Shown in pieces: positions 36,690-40,423 of a stretch of DNA of 40,423 nt. How positions within the stretch are numbered: the stretch's first letter is position 1; each line of letters begins with the position of its first letter. The translations under genes were made by a program, and so were the position numbers. The notes beneath the pieces were generated by a model, which saw nothing but the letters and a program-made list of their open reading frames with translations, ran no database searches and had not been told where the DNA came from. The DNA comes from Alphaproteobacteria bacterium (GTDB taxonomy: Bacteria; Pseudomonadota; Alphaproteobacteria; Rhizobiales; Aestuariivirgaceae): NCBI GenBank assembly GCA_005884715.1, contig VAZZ01000210.1:1-40423 (forward strand). Reading direction: 5' to 3'.

Positions 36690-38263
36690 GAAACTCGCCA
36701 GGCCCGCCAGTTCGGCCCGGGCAGTAGCGTGAATTCATCGGTCATTGACCAGTCCGCTGAGGAGCGCTTGCGGCCTCTGGCATCCCTTTCCTCAGGCCCA
36801 TGCATCTCGACAACGAGATATCGCGCCGGTCTCTCGCCAAGGGCGCGAATGCCGTGCAGGCTTCCGGCGGGATGATAGAAACACGCTGGTGCGGTCATCG
36901 TCCGGCCCATCGTGCGGACCGTTCCCTGGAACAGCGTGATCAACACGTCATAGGGATCGGCATGGGGTTCGTAGCCACCGCCCGGCAACAGCACCGAACG
37001 ATGGGCGTGCAGCTTCTTCAGGAAATGCGTCGGACCCTCGAAGACAGGCTTAGTCTCAAATGGCCTGCCCGCCTGGGCGGGCTCGCTGTCCTCGCGGAAG
37101 ACGCCGGCCGCCGCATGTGGTGTCAGGCCCAGCGGCTTGCCGCGCCATTTGAACATCAGATAGATGATGGGCCTTGCGCTCGAATTGCGGATCGTATGCC
37201 AGCGATAGGCCGGATAATAGGTGAAATCCCCGGGCGTCAGCCGATGGATGGCGGGATCAAGGTCATCCTGCGATTCCGGCAGAACGACCTCCGCCTCCCC
37301 CTCGACGACGATAAGAATCTCTTCTTCGATATGCGCATGCGGAGGATGGGGTGAATATCCCGGCTGCAACTGGGAGAAATGCACATTCAGTAGTCCCCCC
37401 GAAGCTGCCCCGCGGCTGATCAGCGAACGGGGCGTCCAGGGCTTTCCATCGGAAAACACTTCGAGCGCGGCGAGAACCGGCTGATTCAAGCGCCTGTCCC
37501 ATGGCGGAGCGACCAGATTCTGATAGCCCCGCGCCCGCCCCAGGACGGTGATCGCCGGAGGCGATGTCGCCTTGTACGCGAACGGCCAGTTCATCGTCTT
37601 GTCCAGATCCGGAATCCGGACCTTCTGATTTGCGGCAGCATATTGAAGCAGCAAGGCGCGCCGGGGGCAGTCCCCGGTATTGAGCGAGCCATGCCAGATG
37701 CGCCCGTCAAACAGGACGGCGTCTCCGTCGCGAACATCAGCTTCGAGGAGATCGGCGTCGGCTCTTGCATCTCGCGCCCAGGCAAGCACCCGCTCGGCCG
37801 TGCGATCCGGGCGATCGACCCGCCTTTCATGCGCAACCTGCTGCACGGGCTTTCCGATGCGATGCGAACCGCTGATATATTGCAGCGCAGACTTGGACGA
37901 AGTGTTTTCCAGGCCTATCCATACCGAAACGAACCGTCCGGTGGGAAGGCTGGTCTCGATGTCGGTATGCCACGGATGGGCCTCGCCGGGCGCCTTCGTG
38001 ATCAGCTGGGCGCCCCACAGATAGACATTGGGGCCGAGCAATTGCGCCAGCCACTTCAACAGATCGGGCTTCGTCGCGATGCCATAGATGAGCTGGTCGC
38101 GCACCGCGAGACCTTTGTTCCAGGCCTGAGGAGCGGCGAGTTCGCCGCTGCGTAGATAATTCTGCAGCAAATGGCATTCGGCAGCCGTCAAAAACGGAAT
38201 GGGTCCGGCATAGCCCATCCGATCGAAAGACTTCTTCAGATCTGGTACCAGTGAAATGTTCAT
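36686..38263 (-). CDS. PhyH-like Fe(II)/2OG dioxygenase fused to two cupin domains
   Basis: PWHTD, SVWIGL, ISGSH, FDGRIWHGS..N....RRA, then HPPHAHIEEE...WHTIRN and EPHADPYD...HGIR. Start chosen at ATG 38263. Confidence 0.78.
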   Translation of the reverse strand: MNISLVPDLKKSFDRMGYAGPIPFLTAAECHLLQNYLRSGELAAPQAWNKGLAVRDQLIYGIATKPDLLKWLAQLLGPNVYLWGAQLITKAPGEAHPWHTDIETSLPTGRFVSVWIGLENTSSKSALQYISGSHRIGKPVQQVAHERRVDRPDRTAERVLAWARDARADADLLEADVRDGDAVLFDGRIWHGSLNTGDCPRRALLLQYAAANQKVRIPDLDKTMNWPFAYKATSPPAITVLGRARGYQNLVAPPWDRRLNQPVLAALEVFSDGKPWTPRSLISRGAASGGLLNVHFSQLQPGYSPHPPHAHIEEEILIVVEGEAEVVLPESQDDLDPAIHRLTPGDFTYYPAYRWHTIRNSSARPIIYLMFKWRGKPLGLTPHAAAGVFREDSEPAQAGRPFETKPVFEGPTHFLKKLHAHRSVLLPGGGYEPHADPYDVLITLFQGTVRTMGRTMTAPACFYHPAGSLHGIRALGERPARYLVVEMHGPEERDARGRKRSSADWSMTDEFTLLPGPNWRAWRVS

Positions 38264-38410
38264 CAGGCCGTCGCGAAGTCCCTGTTGGCGCATAGATAGC
38301 ACGACAATAGCCGAACGCCCGACAAAACCAGGGCATCGCGGCACTCGCGAAAGCTGGGCCGAGACTCCGGACGCATGAGAAAGTCGAGCGTGGGACTGCG
38401 ACCGCCGTGC

Positions 38411-40183
38411 CTATGGCGGCCAAAACAGCAGGATGAGCGGCACACCGGTCAGCAGCACGATGAATGACAACGGAAGACCGAGGCGCCAATAATCGCCGAA
38501 CCGGTAACCGCCTGGCCCCATCACCAGCGTATTGCATTGATGGCCGATGGGCGTCAGGAAATCGCAACCGGCTCCGATGGCGACCGCCATGAGGAGTGGG
38601 TCGGCATTCATCTTAAGCGATGTCGCCAGCGAGACGGCAATGGGGGCAAGAATAAGGACCGTCGCGGCATTGTTCAGAAACGGAGTCACGCACATCCCGA
38701 CAAGGAGCAGGATCGGAACGTATCCCCACCGCGGCAGAATATCTGCGAGAAGTGCGATGATACCCGCGATCGAGGCGGTCAACCCGGTGGACTGCGCGGC
38801 ATCGCTCACCGGGATGAGCGCACCCAGCATGATGAGGATAGGCCAATCGACGGCACCATAGGCCTCGCGCAAGGTAATACAGTCGGTGAGGATGACAAGA
38901 ACAGCAGCGACGAAGAAACCGATCGCTACCGGAACCACGCCGAGCGCCACCAGCAGCATCGCGGTCGCGAGAATGGTGATCGGTAGATAAGTATTTCTCG
39001 CCCGTCCAAAACCGAGAGCTCTTTCCGCCAAGGGCAGACAGGCAAGTTCGCCCAGGGTCTCGGGCATGAAACGCATATTGCCCTGCAGCACAATGGCGTC
39101 GCCCGGTCTCAATCGCACCGAATTGAGGCGATGGGTGATGCGGCTGCCGCGCCGGCTGACGGCAAGCAGATTGAGGTCGTATCGGTCGAACAGTTGATTC
39201 TGCGAAACTGTCCGCCCGATGAGCGGTGATTCGTTGCCGACCACCGCTTCCATCACGCCGATCTCGTCGCTGGCGCTCTCTTTGGAAGGTGTCTTGTCAT
39301 GGCGTACAAGAACGAGCTTGCCCACCGCGACCGCACGTTCCAGCGCTGCCGGTTCGCCATGCAGGATGAGGAGATCGTCGGCGCGGATTTTCGTGTTCTT
39401 CGCCGGCTTTGACTTGTTCAATCCGCCGCGGATCAGGAGCGCGGTATCGATCTCGTCTTCCGCCTGTTTTTCGAGATCCGTGATCGATTGGCCGACCAGC
39501 GGCGAATCCTGCGGCACCGTGACTTCGGTCGCATATGCATCGAGATTAAAGGCTGCCTCGATCGAGGCGGTGGCGCGCCGGCCGGTCGGCAGGAGACGAT
39601 ATCCGAAAGCGAGGAACGCGATGCCCGCCACGGTCAGTCCGATGCCGACCGGGGCAAAATCGAACATCCGGAAAGGCATGCCGAGCAGTTTTTCTCGGGC
39701 TTGTGAGACGATGATATTGGGCGACGTCCCGACCAGCGTGATGAGGCCGCCGAGCAGCGCTGCGAAGGACATCGGCATCAACAGCAGCGAGGGCGAGGTG
39801 TTGCTGCGGCGAGCAATTTTGAATGCGATCGGCAGAAACATCGCCAGCGTGCCGATATTCTTCACGAATCCGGAGAGGAGCGCGATGCTGGAGGTCAATG
39901 TCACGATCTGGCTGCGCGGTTTCGAGAGATCGAACGTTGCATGGCTCATGGCGAGATCGACGATTCCTGATCGCGATACCGCAGCGCTCAAGACCAGGGC
40001 GCTCGCGACGATGATGACGATGTCGCTCGAAAAGCCGGAAAAGGCTTTTTCCGCCGGCACTATTCCAGCGGCAAAGGCGGCCACGAGTGATATGACGGCA
40101 ACGAGATCATAGCGCAACCGCCCCCAGGCGAAGAGCGCCATCATGGCCACGATGATTGCGAGCGCAAGGATTTGCTGGTCCAT
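38411..40183 (-). CDS. SLC13/DASS family permease with two TrkA-C (RCK_C) domains
   Basis: RYDLVA, LMPMSFAALLGG..TLVGTSPN, FLNNAA, FLTPIGHQCNTLVMGPGGYRFGDY. Confidence 0.92.
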   Translation of the reverse strand: MDQQILALAIIVAMMALFAWGRLRYDLVAVISLVAAFAAGIVPAEKAFSGFSSDIVIIVASALVLSAAVSRSGIVDLAMSHATFDLSKPRSQIVTLTSSIALLSGFVKNIGTLAMFLPIAFKIARRSNTSPSLLLMPMSFAALLGGLITLVGTSPNIIVSQAREKLLGMPFRMFDFAPVGIGLTVAGIAFLAFGYRLLPTGRRATASIEAAFNLDAYATEVTVPQDSPLVGQSITDLEKQAEDEIDTALLIRGGLNKSKPAKNTKIRADDLLILHGEPAALERAVAVGKLVLVRHDKTPSKESASDEIGVMEAVVGNESPLIGRTVSQNQLFDRYDLNLLAVSRRGSRITHRLNSVRLRPGDAIVLQGNMRFMPETLGELACLPLAERALGFGRARNTYLPITILATAMLLVALGVVPVAIGFFVAAVLVILTDCITLREAYGAVDWPILIMLGALIPVSDAAQSTGLTASIAGIIALLADILPRWGYVPILLLVGMCVTPFLNNAATVLILAPIAVSLATSLKMNADPLLMAVAIGAGCDFLTPIGHQCNTLVMGPGGYRFGDYWRLGLPLSFIVLLTGVPLILLFWPP

Positions 40184-40250
40184 CGCCTGCCCTATCCGAT
40201 CATTCTTGATATGATAGAGGCAGTCGGGACTGCTGGACCAGCTTTTTCGG

Positions 40251-40423
40251 TCAAATCACCATGCGCAGCAGCACGACGCTCGCCATGCCGATGAGGACGG
40301 TGACGATCATCGGCAGGCGCAGGTAAGCCGATGCGGCCGTTATGGCGGCGGCGATCGTTTCGGCGACACCGGTTGCAAGAATGGTTGGCGCGATCACGGC
40401 CATGAGGATCGCCGGCGGCAGTG
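40251..40423 (-). CDS. AzlD-family membrane protein, 3' part only
   Basis: Manual translation ...LPPAILMAVIAPTILATG...VLIGMASVVLLRMVI*. Confidence 0.65.
   Translation of the reverse strand, partial: LPPAILMAVIAPTILATGVAETIAAAITAASAYLRLPMIVTVLIGMASVVLLRMVI

Overview
GC-rich alphaproteobacterial (Rhizobiales-like) core-genome window with about 35 protein genes and a two-piece (permuted) tmRNA. Left arm, minus strand: DUF2853, thyA, CPBP protease, GNAT, folA, flavin amine oxidase, hflK, hflC, DUF2065 and an HtrA/DegP protease, converging on a Cys-repeat protein across a palindromic repeat. Plus strand from the tmRNA: ssrA, sspB, mepA, kup, a PHP hydrolase, an MFS transporter, then fumC, DUF4169 and an RHH protein. 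These are followed by a giant AsmA-family gene, an FAD-linked oxidase, a thioesterase, two small paralogous proteins, uvrD, a DHA2 MFS transporter, a putative EcfG-driven membrane protein, an ABC exporter, prmA, DUF1127, a GAF-PAS adenylate cyclase, an AhpD-like protein, aminopeptidase P, a PhyH-bicupin fusion, an SLC13 permease and part of an AzlD gene. I found no transposase, integrase, prophage, CRISPR array, tRNA or rRNA, and I cannot claim a clearly new multi-gene system. The most notable signals are (i) several broken reading frames (hflC, AsmA, prmA, DUF2853, probably the folA 3' end), most likely sequencing or assembly errors; (ii) a PsiF-like Cys-repeat protein under purifying selection; (iii) an unannotated tandem pair of small paralogues; (iv) an AsmA protein with a long charged single-helix stalk; (v) a layered DUF1127 promoter with LysR-type and PhaR-type boxes; (vi) a PhyH-bicupin fusion enzyme. 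Family names come from motif recognition, not database searches.
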